Assembly (NCBI GenBank): GCA_045642625.1
Contig: JAZUJC010000215.1
Span: forward strand, 1-50,603
DNA length: 50,603 bases
Direction: 5' to 3'
DNA from: Lachnospiraceae bacterium
Lineage (GTDB): Bacteria; Bacillota; Clostridia; Lachnospirales; Lachnospiraceae
Shown here piece by piece: positions 34,829 to 44,602 of this stretch. The number at the start of each line of letters is the position of its first letter. The first letter of the stretch is position 1. Position numbers and translations under genes: made by a program. The notes below the pieces were generated by a model, which saw nothing but the letters and a program-made list of their open reading frames with translations, searched no databases and was not told the origin of the DNA.

Positions 34829-37800
34829 ATGAAACGAACCTTAAAACAGAGGATGCTGAGCATCCTCCTTTCTGCGTGTATGATGCTGGGGCTGTTTGTC
34901 TCGCTTCAGGGCACAAAGAAGGTAGAGGCTGCCAGTGAGGATATGTATGAATATACCCTTCCTGGCAATGTAACGGTAAAGATAAGTAAAACGGGAGATT
35001 ATACTTATAATAAGTCTCCTTTTGGATACGATACCCGTGGTGGATATGTATTTGCAAAGATTGATGTAACTGGTAGTGGTCACTATGAAAATTTTTGGCT
35101 TTCTCCGGGTGGCCCCTGTGGAGACGGAACATCGTATAATTCATGGGATGATTATGTGGCAAGTGGAAAGTTAAAAGGCACCATACAGGATGGCGAGGAA
35201 AAACCAAATGTAGCCTACGGAAACTACGAACAGTCAATGTTCTGGTTTTCGGAGAAGGATTTCGATTTTAATGGATCGGATTCAGTAGCGGGAAATCTGA
35301 TAGAGGAATATCTTCTGGCATATATGGAAGAGTATTTCAACTATGTGTACGCAGTGAACTTCGACAAAGAAGAAGGGGTACACTGTGATGTCGTGTGGGG
35401 TAATGCGGTTCAGGTGCCATCAGGTATTATTGTGGACGAACTTATACCTCCAGTAATAGTTGATCCTTTCGATCCTTCCACATGGACGCCGCCTAAGACT
35501 AAATTTATTGATTATCCATTGTCATTAAATAAAGCTGGAACGGATATGCTCCGTACAAGTACATGGACTGTTCATGCTGATGGAACAGGAGTTGAGAAGG
35601 ACGGAACTGACTCCATTGGTACGCGAGTATCGAGTACCTTTAAATCTCATTGTGGCGGTTCAACTGCTGAGGAACTTATCTGTTACAGTTCAAGTGAAAT
35701 GGATAATGCCACAAAGAGAATATGTGGAGCCGATGGTAAGTCGGGAGCAGTTAATAAGGGAAATTGGGGAAAGGGATTAAAGTCTGATACACCCACGGGA
35801 CTTGCGACACCTAAAACTAGTAAATATATAACGGAACACTGGAATGCGGCCGTTATTGTTAAAATCCCTGATGTTAAAAAATATACAAAGGTAAAGCTTG
35901 CTTTTTATGATATTGATACATTGACGCAGGTTGGAAGTGTGTCTGCAAATGCAGTTGCTTCAGGTGCTTTGTTATATAATTCAGAAACAACAGTTACAAA
36001 CTGGTCTTCTGATATCCCCAAAGGGTATGCTCTTTCTACGGGTAATTTAGATAAATACCCTGCTTTCCATGTGGGAAGTAATACCAGTGGTGTTAATTTT
36101 GTTAAGTATGCCTCAATAAGTGGAAAGGGAACGAAGAAAAAAATAGGTTCTCTTAATGATGAAGCTCCTTCATACTATATAGATAATCTTTTTGCAAAGA
36201 GTCATCATGTGGTTTGGATTCCGGTTGAGAAAAAAAGTGACCTTTACGTTCAGTATTACGATGTAAGTAATGATACTGAATTGGGAAATAAGAAAATTCG
36301 TGTTGGACAGATTCCTTATAACTCTATGCCTGGAGATGTAGAAGTTGTTACACTTTTAAAAAATAATTATGGTGATAAATGGAATGTAGACTGGGATAAG
36401 GCAACCTCAATCAATGGTTTCTTTGCCGTAAGAGGTGATAGTGAGAATCTTTATAAGAAACTTGCTACTGCAAAAGACACAACTGTTGCTGATAAGTATG
36501 CTAATACATATGTAACGAAGAATAATCCTTATGTGAATTTGACCTTTACTATGTCTAAAAAGCCTTATACTGTTCTTTGGGTTCCCGTAACCGGAGAGCA
36601 GCAGCAGGTTGAGATTGTTTATATTGATTCTGAGGATGGAACAGTTATCGGAGATCCTATTATTGATGATACTGTCACAAGAAATCAGACCTATACACCT
36701 GTTATTCCTTCAGGATATGAGGTTGATGAAAGCGGTAAGTATAAGTCAAAGGGTGCAAAGTTAGAGAGTGCAACAGCCTTTATTAAGACTGCGACAAATG
36801 ATTATGCAACATTGCTTGACAGCCCTAATACAAAACTTACATACAATGCAACAACTTATGCATTTAGAGTGCCAAGTAGCACAATGAAATATGTATCATG
36901 TAAGCTGTATATTCCTTTAAAGAAGATTGCCGGTGCTTTGCCTTTATATATTCATTACTATGATGCGGATACCGACAAGCGTATTGATACAAATGGAACA
37001 AAGACACCCATTTCAGTTTATGAAGGTAAGGCTGTCCCTGAATTCTGTATTACTGATGTAAAGGCTATTCCTGCCGGGTATGAATACAGGGGCGATGCTC
37101 CTATGACTGTTTGTGGTACAAACCTCACAAATGTCGCTCATAACCTTGCCAATGCGAAGGGACAGACTCAGTTAAATGGTACAATTACTGTTGATGGGGT
37201 TAAGCTTAATGGTAAGACAACCAAGAGGATATCTTCTGGTTCGAAATATGTATGTATGTGGGTACCAGTAAGAAAAATCCCTGGTAGTTCAGCTCAGGTA
37301 ACTGTAGAATTTATTAATTCAAATACAGGAGTGGTTATTCCTGATTCAAAGACTCAGTTAAGCGCCAAGAAGGGAAGTACTTTTGTTACGCTTGAGGAAG
37401 TTGATGTGCCTGATGGTTACACAGTGGACAATACGGGAACGTACAAGGCCCTTGCTGCGTATTCCAAGACTATAATGCCTCTTGACTGCACTTATAGTCA
37501 GATGGGTAGTTATACTTCTATAAGCTTCCTTGAGTATAACGATTTCTCTGTGGTTGTGCCTAATGATGCCAGTGATAAGCTTGGTGTTAAGATATTTATT
37601 CCTGTAAAGCAGGAAACTACAACCGGTAATGAAAAGAAGGTTAATATCATCTACTACAATGTTAATTCGGGTGAAATTATTGAGAAAGGCCCTTCTGTAA
37701 AAATTTCCGGAGATAAGAATACGTACACACCCGCAAGCGTTAAGGATACGATTGTGGACGGATACAGGGTTTTCAAGAGAGTTGTAGCAAGTACATATAT

Positions 37801-40800
37801 GTACTACACTGTCAAGAAAGAAGATATATCAGGTGTCGCTTATAAAGATGTTGGTTCAAAGGGACTTATAAGGGGAACTGTTGTGGCTAATGAGAGCGCC
37901 ACAGTTAATGTTCCTGCTACTGCTACTGAATTAACTATTTATGTCGGCATGAATGTATCTGGCGATTACACTGTATCATTATACTATGTTGATGCTGATA
38001 CAGGTGTCACCATTGATAAAGAAGAGAGGATTGCTCAGTTTACCGGTGGTACAATGTTCCTTGAGTTTGATAATAAGAGGGAAATTGTATATGACGAAAA
38101 GAGATACAGTCCTGTAAGTGCAGAAAAAGATGATGTGTGCAAATATCCATCAAGGGCATATTATATGGTGACATATAATTACTCTGGAGTGATGGATGTA
38201 TCATATGATTACTGTAAGAATAGCAACTGGTTTACAAACATTGCGAATTCTGCGATGGGTGGAAAGGTTCGTTTTAATGATAATTCGCTTGTGTTTGGAC
38301 CTATCCCTTATGGCACTAAGCCTAATGGCGAGCCTTATGATGGTAATGTGATCAATGTTTATGTTCCTTGCGTTGCCGCAAAGAGAGTTGAAATTCACTG
38401 CGTAGCAAGTGATAAGAAGGATTCTACCGACTTTATTGCAAGTTATGATTTGTGGGTAGGTGAGGGCGAGACTGTTAAGCAGAAGCTTGAAACTTATGTT
38501 ATTGATGGTGTGGTTTACAGACCTGATTTAACAGATGTGGAATCACCTTATGCTATTATTCAGCCCGATAATATTACCACGCTTTCATTTAATGCTGCTC
38601 GTTCATCAAAGCATACTCAGATTACATCCTATGTATCAAGTAATGGTGTGGAAGATTACGAAGCACAGGTTAATGAGGCTAAGACTCTTGATAAGCATAC
38701 AGTAATGTATGTTGTTTATAGTCCCGATGATCCAAAGGTTATTGTTAAGTATGTAACCATTAAGGACGGAGATATTGATAAAGAATTATTAACAAAGAAT
38801 GGTGGTACTGCAAAGTACAACAAGACATACAGCTATACCGGAGACAAGGAAATTACTGTCGATGGTAAGAAGTACGTTGTAACTGGTGAGGATGAGGTTC
38901 TCGCTTATGGCGATTACGATTATACCTCTGCCATTGTTGATACAAAGAACAAGAAGGGCGTTCAGGTAACATACGATGGTGACAAGAAGTGGACTACTGA
39001 AAAGGTTTACAAGTCGCATGATGATGGTGTCCTCTATATCCCTGTGGAAGAGGACGGATACCCCGTAACTGTTGTTTATATCACCTTAAAGGCTGATGGA
39101 ACAAAGGATAAGGAAGTCCTCACTCTTGATGGCGGAAAGGCTGTTGTTGACAAGAAGTATTCATATAATGGTGATATGACCATTATTGGTACTGATGGCA
39201 AGAAGTACACTGTCCTTGGAGAGAAAGAATCCTTTGCGTATAATTCAAATACTTATAAGGCTGCTTTGAATGATACAGGTAATACAAAGGGTATGCCGGT
39301 TACATATTCTGCCGGAATTTCTACTGGTACATGGACAACAAGCAAGAAGGTTAAGAAGGCTACGAAGGCTACACTTTATATTCCTGTAAAGACAGGTATT
39401 CCCGTAACAATCATTTATATTGATAGTGAGGATGGAACACCTATTCAGGAAACACCTGGTAAGCCTGCCGAGCCTGGCAAGAAATATGAAACTCCTTATC
39501 TGCCTGCAATTCCTGTGGATGAGGAAACAACCTACATTCCCGATCCTTCAAATCCTCCTACTGTGACATGGAAAGAGGAGCCTTATCCTGGACCTGTAGT
39601 ACCTGTAAATGATCCGGATGAGCCTAGTGTAACAACACCAAAGGTTCCTTCTGGAACACCTTCTATCATTATTTATATTCCTATGAAGAAGGATGAAGTG
39701 CCTGAAGAGCCAGAGGGTGCAGACGTAAGCATTGAGAAGGTTCCCGATGTAAAGGCAAAGATTAAGTCTAAGCTTTTTGATGTTGAGGTTGCTATTCCTT
39801 CAACCGAGTATGAGTATGCCGAGATTAAGGCTGATGCTTATACAATTAAGGTTAAGATGCACGCTGAGACCGGCTCAAAGCAGTATACAATAAATGGTAC
39901 TCAGCAAATTGTTTCTGCGTGGGATGTGTACGGACCTGATCCTAATGATCCGACAAAGCAGATATTTTTAAGAACCGACTATAGTACAAGTTCAACCACT
40001 GCTACATCGACAGTAACAAGAACATATAAGTACTGGGTTATTGATGAAATCGGATATTATACACTTAATAATATCAAGATTGACAATGGCTCTATTGACG
40101 AAACATTGAAATATATTGTTACTGCAAAGGATATTGTTTTCCCTGAGTTAACATATACTCATAGTGATGATATTAAGGCACATATCACAGAGCCACAGAC
40201 ACCAGCTGTAAAAAATATTACGGTGCCCACAAAGTATTATTATAATGGTTCTTATTCTTCTGGTCCTGAGTGTGGTACTTATGTAGCACAGGAAGCGCAG
40301 AAGATTAAGAAGATTAAGTGTAAGAATGATTCACTTATTTTCGATGGCGAGACAGTATTGGATAATAAGGCTGTTGATGAAGCAGCTCCCGATCCCGACC
40401 TTGCGCCTGTCGAGAAGAATCCTCCCAGGCTTGATTTAGAGTCACCAGAGGTTCAGATTCCTGATGAGAGAAAGAATATTGACTATGATGATTCAAAGGG
40501 ATTTGCTTTCTATCAGCCCAAGGTAGTATTTAATAGTCCAAACAAGGAGCAGAAGATAGAAATTCCCGATATTAACAAGGTTAAGGTGCATACTCCCGTA
40601 TATAACGAGACCAAAGTTAAAGAGGATAATTTACAGTATGTGCAGGATGTAAATGCCGATAAGAAGAAATATCATGTAGTTGTTGGACGTTCTGAAAGTT
40701 ATGGTTCAACTGGCAATGAGAATATTACTTCTGATTTCTCTATTGAGGTTAAGCTGAATGGTCAGCATATCTCAGCTAAGGGTTATGGCAATAGAAATTA

Positions 40801-42259
40801 TGACAAGTATATTTTAGGTCATGGAGGTACAGTAAATAATACTTCATATCCAAAGGGAGTACAGGTTAAATTCCCTATAGATGTGGTTGCTGATGTTGGA
40901 AATGATAAGAATGAGGCTAACGATGTAGTTCTTGAAGCTGATAAGTGGTACTCTATTTATGCAAGATATTATGTGCCTGAATGGGTAGCCGAGGGTACAT
41001 ATACTTGTGAGGTTCGTGTTCTTGCTTGTAACGCAAAGGGTGACTACGATGCAATGGAAAATAAGGCTAACCTTTCAGATTCCAATTATGCAGCATCTCA
41101 GACATTTGAGTTGGAGGTATCAGGAAAGATGTATGGTCTTACACTTACATCTAACAATTCGGTAGCTCCAGACTGGAAGGATGTATTTACTCTTAATGGT
41201 AAGATAAAGAATGCTTATCCTGGCAAGTATGCCGATGGTACATTCGGTGCTGGTTTTGATAAGGATTGGCGTTACTACTACATGGCAGGACTTAAGAACG
41301 AAATCGGTCTTGATATGTGGGCGGTAGCAAATAAGAAAACTGTATTTAAGGATTCAAAGTACATTTATCCTCTGTTGGCTGGCTCAAGCCCTGCATTAAA
41401 GGGTAGCGGTATGCTTAAGAGTGGTTATACCTGGAACTTTAAGCTTGAAACAGTAGGAAGAAAAACTGCTAATGAGGCATCAAACCTCGTAGTTGTTCCT
41501 TCATTCTATTGGGTAAGCAAGGACGGAACAAAGCATGAGCCTGTCGATATGTGGTATGCCGATAAGGTTGATGGAAAGACTTATAACTATATTAAGGCTG
41601 GCTCTGATCTTGATAAGAAGAATGTATTTATTGATTACGCTGCAAGCGAGACAATGGGTATTCCTGCAAAGGAAATCGAGTTTGTTGATGCGATTAGAAA
41701 GCAGAAGAATCCTGATGATGATTCAACAATATCAAATACACCTATTTATACTTATGGTAGTATTGTTCTTTCAAAGAATACAAAGACTTATACCAATGAT
41801 ACATATGCAAAGCTCTTTGCCGCAAAGCAGTCTACATTTAATGAGACTCAGTTGAAGCAGTTGAAGCAGACATGGTATTTCAAGTATGGTCTCCCTGACA
41901 TCTATCATTTATGTCCAAAGGATTATGACCTTGAGACTTATATCAAGAAGAATGGTGGATGTACATATAAGGAGGACTTCTGGAAGAAGGACGGATATCT
42001 TGTTGTTCACTTTGATATTGGTGCTTATGATAAGGACGGAAATCTTGTACTTATGTATACAAACACTGAACAGAATGTAATTGACGGAATGTGTGACATG
42101 TGGAAGATGGAAGGTTATCAGAATATCAGAACTGATAGCACAGGCAAGAAGTTTGACTTTGTTGATGGTGATGTAATCATCGTTGCACTGCCTGGCAGCA
42201 CTGGTAAGAATCCTCCTGCTAATAAGTCTGAGGATAAAGAGACAAACAGATTGAACTAA
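34829..42259 (+). CDS. Giant secreted repeat protein (adhesin-like; ~11 MucBP-like repeats; DUF5704-like C-terminal region)
   Basis: Signal peptide VEA|AS; repeats from V-x-I-x-Y-x-D to L-Y-I-P-V; FDVEVAIPSTE and VKVHTPV motifs. Confidence 0.7.
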   Translation: MKRTLKQRMLSILLSACMMLGLFVSLQGTKKVEAASEDMYEYTLPGNVTVKISKTGDYTYNKSPFGYDTRGGYVFAKIDVTGSGHYENFWLSPGGPCGDGTSYNSWDDYVASGKLKGTIQDGEEKPNVAYGNYEQSMFWFSEKDFDFNGSDSVAGNLIEEYLLAYMEEYFNYVYAVNFDKEEGVHCDVVWGNAVQVPSGIIVDELIPPVIVDPFDPSTWTPPKTKFIDYPLSLNKAGTDMLRTSTWTVHADGTGVEKDGTDSIGTRVSSTFKSHCGGSTAEELICYSSSEMDNATKRICGADGKSGAVNKGNWGKGLKSDTPTGLATPKTSKYITEHWNAAVIVKIPDVKKYTKVKLAFYDIDTLTQVGSVSANAVASGALLYNSETTVTNWSSDIPKGYALSTGNLDKYPAFHVGSNTSGVNFVKYASISGKGTKKKIGSLNDEAPSYYIDNLFAKSHHVVWIPVEKKSDLYVQYYDVSNDTELGNKKIRVGQIPYNSMPGDVEVVTLLKNNYGDKWNVDWDKATSINGFFAVRGDSENLYKKLATAKDTTVADKYANTYVTKNNPYVNLTFTMSKKPYTVLWVPVTGEQQQVEIVYIDSEDGTVIGDPIIDDTVTRNQTYTPVIPSGYEVDESGKYKSKGAKLESATAFIKTATNDYATLLDSPNTKLTYNATTYAFRVPSSTMKYVSCKLYIPLKKIAGALPLYIHYYDADTDKRIDTNGTKTPISVYEGKAVPEFCITDVKAIPAGYEYRGDAPMTVCGTNLTNVAHNLANAKGQTQLNGTITVDGVKLNGKTTKRISSGSKYVCMWVPVRKIPGSSAQVTVEFINSNTGVVIPDSKTQLSAKKGSTFVTLEEVDVPDGYTVDNTGTYKALAAYSKTIMPLDCTYSQMGSYTSISFLEYNDFSVVVPNDASDKLGVKIFIPVKQETTTGNEKKVNIIYYNVNSGEIIEKGPSVKISGDKNTYTPASVKDTIVDGYRVFKRVVASTYMYYTVKKEDISGVAYKDVGSKGLIRGTVVANESATVNVPATATELTIYVGMNVSGDYTVSLYYVDADTGVTIDKEERIAQFTGGTMFLEFDNKREIVYDEKRYSPVSAEKDDVCKYPSRAYYMVTYNYSGVMDVSYDYCKNSNWFTNIANSAMGGKVRFNDNSLVFGPIPYGTKPNGEPYDGNVINVYVPCVAAKRVEIHCVASDKKDSTDFIASYDLWVGEGETVKQKLETYVIDGVVYRPDLTDVESPYAIIQPDNITTLSFNAARSSKHTQITSYVSSNGVEDYEAQVNEAKTLDKHTVMYVVYSPDDPKVIVKYVTIKDGDIDKELLTKNGGTAKYNKTYSYTGDKEITVDGKKYVVTGEDEVLAYGDYDYTSAIVDTKNKKGVQVTYDGDKKWTTEKVYKSHDDGVLYIPVEEDGYPVTVVYITLKADGTKDKEVLTLDGGKAVVDKKYSYNGDMTIIGTDGKKYTVLGEKESFAYNSNTYKAALNDTGNTKGMPVTYSAGISTGTWTTSKKVKKATKATLYIPVKTGIPVTIIYIDSEDGTPIQETPGKPAEPGKKYETPYLPAIPVDEETTYIPDPSNPPTVTWKEEPYPGPVVPVNDPDEPSVTTPKVPSGTPSIIIYIPMKKDEVPEEPEGADVSIEKVPDVKAKIKSKLFDVEVAIPSTEYEYAEIKADAYTIKVKMHAETGSKQYTINGTQQIVSAWDVYGPDPNDPTKQIFLRTDYSTSSTTATSTVTRTYKYWVIDEIGYYTLNNIKIDNGSIDETLKYIVTAKDIVFPELTYTHSDDIKAHITEPQTPAVKNITVPTKYYYNGSYSSGPECGTYVAQEAQKIKKIKCKNDSLIFDGETVLDNKAVDEAAPDPDLAPVEKNPPRLDLESPEVQIPDERKNIDYDDSKGFAFYQPKVVFNSPNKEQKIEIPDINKVKVHTPVYNETKVKEDNLQYVQDVNADKKKYHVVVGRSESYGSTGNENITSDFSIEVKLNGQHISAKGYGNRNYDKYILGHGGTVNNTSYPKGVQVKFPIDVVADVGNDKNEANDVVLEADKWYSIYARYYVPEWVAEGTYTCEVRVLACNAKGDYDAMENKANLSDSNYAASQTFELEVSGKMYGLTLTSNNSVAPDWKDVFTLNGKIKNAYPGKYADGTFGAGFDKDWRYYYMAGLKNEIGLDMWAVANKKTVFKDSKYIYPLLAGSSPALKGSGMLKSGYTWNFKLETVGRKTANEASNLVVVPSFYWVSKDGTKHEPVDMWYADKVDGKTYNYIKAGSDLDKKNVFIDYAASETMGIPAKEIEFVDAIRKQKNPDDDSTISNTPIYTYGSIVLSKNTKTYTNDTYAKLFAAKQSTFNETQLKQLKQTWYFKYGLPDIYHLCPKDYDLETYIKKNGGCTYKEDFWKKDGYLVVHFDIGAYDKDGNLVLMYTNTEQNVIDGMCDMWKMEGYQNIRTDSTGKKFDFVDGDVIIVALPGSTGKNPPANKSEDKETNRLN

Positions 42260-42286
42260 TCTGAAATATAATATAGGTAAAATGTG

Positions 42287-42315
42287 CATAGCCCTCGTAA
42301 ATGAGGGCTATGTTT
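42287..42315 (+). terminator. Intrinsic terminator after giant adhesin gene
   Basis: CATAGCCCTC-GTAAAT-GAGGGCTATG then TTT. Confidence 0.7.
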
Positions 42316-42329
42316 GTATGGAGGCGTTT

Positions 42330-43232
42330 ATGGTGGAGAAAATGAAGAACTGCATGAGGGGAAATGTACGAGGGCGTTTTTTAAGGATGTTGCTGATTAT
42401 TGGAACTGTTTTTATGATCAGCAGTTTCTGTCTGCCTTTGTGCCAAATAGCGAGCGCTCCGCTCCAAGGTGGATGTTACCAAAGTCAAATGTTTTTTGAA
42501 TCTTTTTTTGGTTTTGGCCTTTGGGATAATTACAATGAGTCTTTTTTTAGTGTGATGTGCGACTTAGCATCGAAACATGTTTTGGGAAGCATAAGTCTTT
42601 TGCTGGGTGGCGCAATTATTCTATTAATGGTGTTTGTTTGCATTCGGCCTCAGAAGCGTATTCTGTTTCCCGTGTTGTGCTGTTACAGTGTATTGGAGCT
42701 GGGATGTGTTGTGTTTGCAATTTTCGCAAGTTTATCTTACATTAGCCAGAGTTTGTTTTGTGTCGGTGCTTTTAATGGTATTGTGGCGTGCGTGATTTTT
42801 TGGTCGATTCTGGTAAAAAGTAATCGTGGTGATGATACTGAGGGAAAATATTTAAGCATTCTTGCTGTGGCGATTATTGTGTTGGAAATTTTGTTGTCGC
42901 TGTGGAGTTGGTTCTATGATTATAGAGAGATGCATCGGTTAGGGTTAACAAGTGAGTATTTACAAGAAATTAATGCCACAATGTATGATGGTCTTGATGT
43001 AAGCGGTGCTAAGATTGTTGAGCTTATCAAGAAGCTTGCTCAGACAGGCGAAGCATATACAATTACTGTTACAACTCTTGAGTCAAGTACTATTACTTAC
43101 AGCTCAACAGCTCAGTATTCCGATCCCGGCCCTACTATGCCAGCTCATATCAATGAAACGGGTATTTTCAGAGGTGGAGTTACTAAGGGTGAAAGTGGAG
43201 AAGTGACGGATATTGCGTTCGTACAACAATAA
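42330..43232 (+). CDS. Multi-pass membrane protein fused to a chimeric Tad-pilin head domain
   Basis: GGAGG RBS before ATG 42330; about five TMs; last ~95 aa match pilins 19085 and 19556 at protein and DNA level. Confidence 0.75.
   Translation: MVEKMKNCMRGNVRGRFLRMLLIIGTVFMISSFCLPLCQIASAPLQGGCYQSQMFFESFFGFGLWDNYNESFFSVMCDLASKHVLGSISLLLGGAIILLMVFVCIRPQKRILFPVLCCYSVLELGCVVFAIFASLSYISQSLFCVGAFNGIVACVIFWSILVKSNRGDDTEGKYLSILAVAIIVLEILLSLWSWFYDYREMHRLGLTSEYLQEINATMYDGLDVSGAKIVELIKKLAQTGEAYTITVTTLESSTITYSSTAQYSDPGPTMPAHINETGIFRGGVTKGESGEVTDIAFVQQ
42944..43187 (+). repeat. Dispersed partial copy of the major pilin genes (A/B mosaic)
   Basis: 42944-42960=19234-19250; 42965-43009=19252-19296 (copy A); 43098-43136=19856-19894 (copy B). 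Confidence 0.92.
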
Positions 43233-43279
43233 TAATAGGCAACACTGTCGATAGACGGTTTGCCCGGGAAAAAGCATTT

Positions 43280-43321
43280 AATGACCGCCTAGAGTTCGCA
43301 GCTCGTAAGGCGGTCATTTTT
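43280..43321 (+). terminator. Intrinsic terminator, possibly bidirectional
   Basis: AATGACCGCCT...AGGCGGTCATT then TTT. Confidence 0.75.
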
Positions 43322-43412
43322 ATAATTATAAATTCACATCATTTTTACAAAAATTCTTATTTCAGCTTTGATTTTGATAATCTTAAATTATATTATTGCA
43401 TGGGAGGTGTTT

Positions 43413-44015
43413 TTGTTGATTTATGGCTATGCAAGGGTTTCCTCGAAGGAGCAGAGGCTTGACCGACAAATCGAAGCTCTTAAGAAGATTAAGCCGGATG
43501 TAATATATCATGACAAGGCAAGTGGCAAGGACTTCGAAAGGAAGAATTTTTTGCGATTAGTGAAACGATTAAAGTTTGGTGATGTTGTCTATGTTGAATC
43601 GCTGGATCGCTTCGGACGAAATTACCGGGAAATTATCGAATGGTGGAAGTTTATTACCGGGAAGGGTGCGGATATTGTGGTTCTTGATATGCCGCTACTG
43701 GATACAAGAAAGAGTGATGAGAATAATCTTTTGGGCAGCGTAATTACAGATATTGTTTTGTCACTCCTAAGCTATGTTGCGGAAACAGAAAGGAGGATGA
43801 TAAAAGAAAGGCAGAAAGAGGGTATTGAGTGTGCCATGAAACGAGGCGTGAAATTTGGTGCCCCCAAAAGGGTTACAGTAGGTGAACAAGAAACAAAAGT
43901 GTTAGAGTTAGTGAATGAAGGGGTGGTGACGAGGAGAGAGGCAGCAGAGAAACTTAAGCTTACGTACAGCCAAGTAGTTTATAGAGAGAAACTTGTTCGA
44001 CAATTAAAACAATAA
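43413..44015 (+). CDS. Small serine recombinase (resolvase/invertase family)
   Basis: YGYARVSSKEQRLDRQ, DKASG, SLDRFGR, ERQKEGI, C-terminal HTH; GGAGG RBS before TTG 43413/43416. Confidence 0.93.
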   Translation: MLIYGYARVSSKEQRLDRQIEALKKIKPDVIYHDKASGKDFERKNFLRLVKRLKFGDVVYVESLDRFGRNYREIIEWWKFITGKGADIVVLDMPLLDTRKSDENNLLGSVITDIVLSLLSYVAETERRMIKERQKEGIECAMKRGVKFGAPKRVTVGEQETKVLELVNEGVVTRREAAEKLKLTYSQVVYREKLVRQLKQ

Positions 44016-44023
44016 TTTTAAAG

Positions 44024-44200
44024 TGTACTTTATTATAGCACAATTTATTATTTTTTCAATATTTTAATATTTTTCATTATTTTTTACTATTATTTCTTAC
44101 TTTCCCACAATATACGCACACAAAACGCAAAAACATGTACTTTTAACACTATATATAGACTTCCAAATCATCATCCCAACCATCCCTATAATAAAGTACA
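44024..44200. promoter_or_regulatory. Candidate invertible promoter segment bounded by perfect 15-bp inverted repeats
   Basis: TGTACTTTATTATAG (44024-44038) and CTATAATAAAGTACA (44186-44200); internal minus-strand TTGAAA-16-TATAAT promoter. Confidence 0.7.
44032..44059 (-). promoter_or_regulatory. Consensus sigmaA promoter inside the invertible segment, currently facing the recombinase gene
   Basis: Minus strand TTGAAA-aaataataaattgtgc-TATAAT with TGTG extended -10 and an A-rich UP-like region. Confidence 0.75.
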
Positions 44201-44217
44201 GAATATTGTAATGGGGG

Positions 44218-44598
44218 GTGGGCTTTGTGAATATGTCAAGCGTTATCAGATGTCAGTTGCCGTCTGAAACTGTGAAAAACGAAATAGACAGAATAATTAG
44301 ATATATGTCGGCCTATCCTGATGAACATCTTTATGTTGTAGATAATCGTTATGGTACAGTCCCGTACTGGTCATTAACAGGTGTTAAGACCATTCGGGAG
44401 TATTATGATTGTGTGATAGAAAAAGATGGGGGTAATGCACAGTTTTCTACCTGCCGAGAGTCAGGTGCTCCCGTATGGATGTGTGTCGATGAAGTTATTA
44501 CTTATATGGAAGAAGCGGGGCTTGTCAAGGTAGATGGGGGAATGGCGTATGCTACACCTTGGCTTTATGAATATGGTTCAAGAGTGATTGGGGTGTGA
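44218..44598 (+). CDS. Hypothetical protein, first gene of sigma-factor operon
   Basis: Open 126-aa frame; G-rich RBS; start may be ATG 44233. Confidence 0.6.
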   Translation: MGFVNMSSVIRCQLPSETVKNEIDRIIRYMSAYPDEHLYVVDNRYGTVPYWSLTGVKTIREYYDCVIEKDGGNAQFSTCRESGAPVWMCVDEVITYMEEAGLVKVDGGMAYATPWLYEYGSRVIGV

Positions 44599-44602
44599 GT
44601 AT

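Noticed and set aside
42282-42329. ORF start at 42282
   Set aside because: Falls within the terminator hairpin; GGAGG points to ATG 42330
19085-43232. Pilin repeats as a diversity-generating retroelement template/variable pair
   Set aside because: No reverse transcriptase in the window and differences are not restricted to adenines
43238-43264. GGCAAC..GATA..TTGCC hairpin as a c-di-GMP-I riboswitch
   Set aside because: Lacks the GAAA tetraloop, the GACGCAAA junction and the second stem
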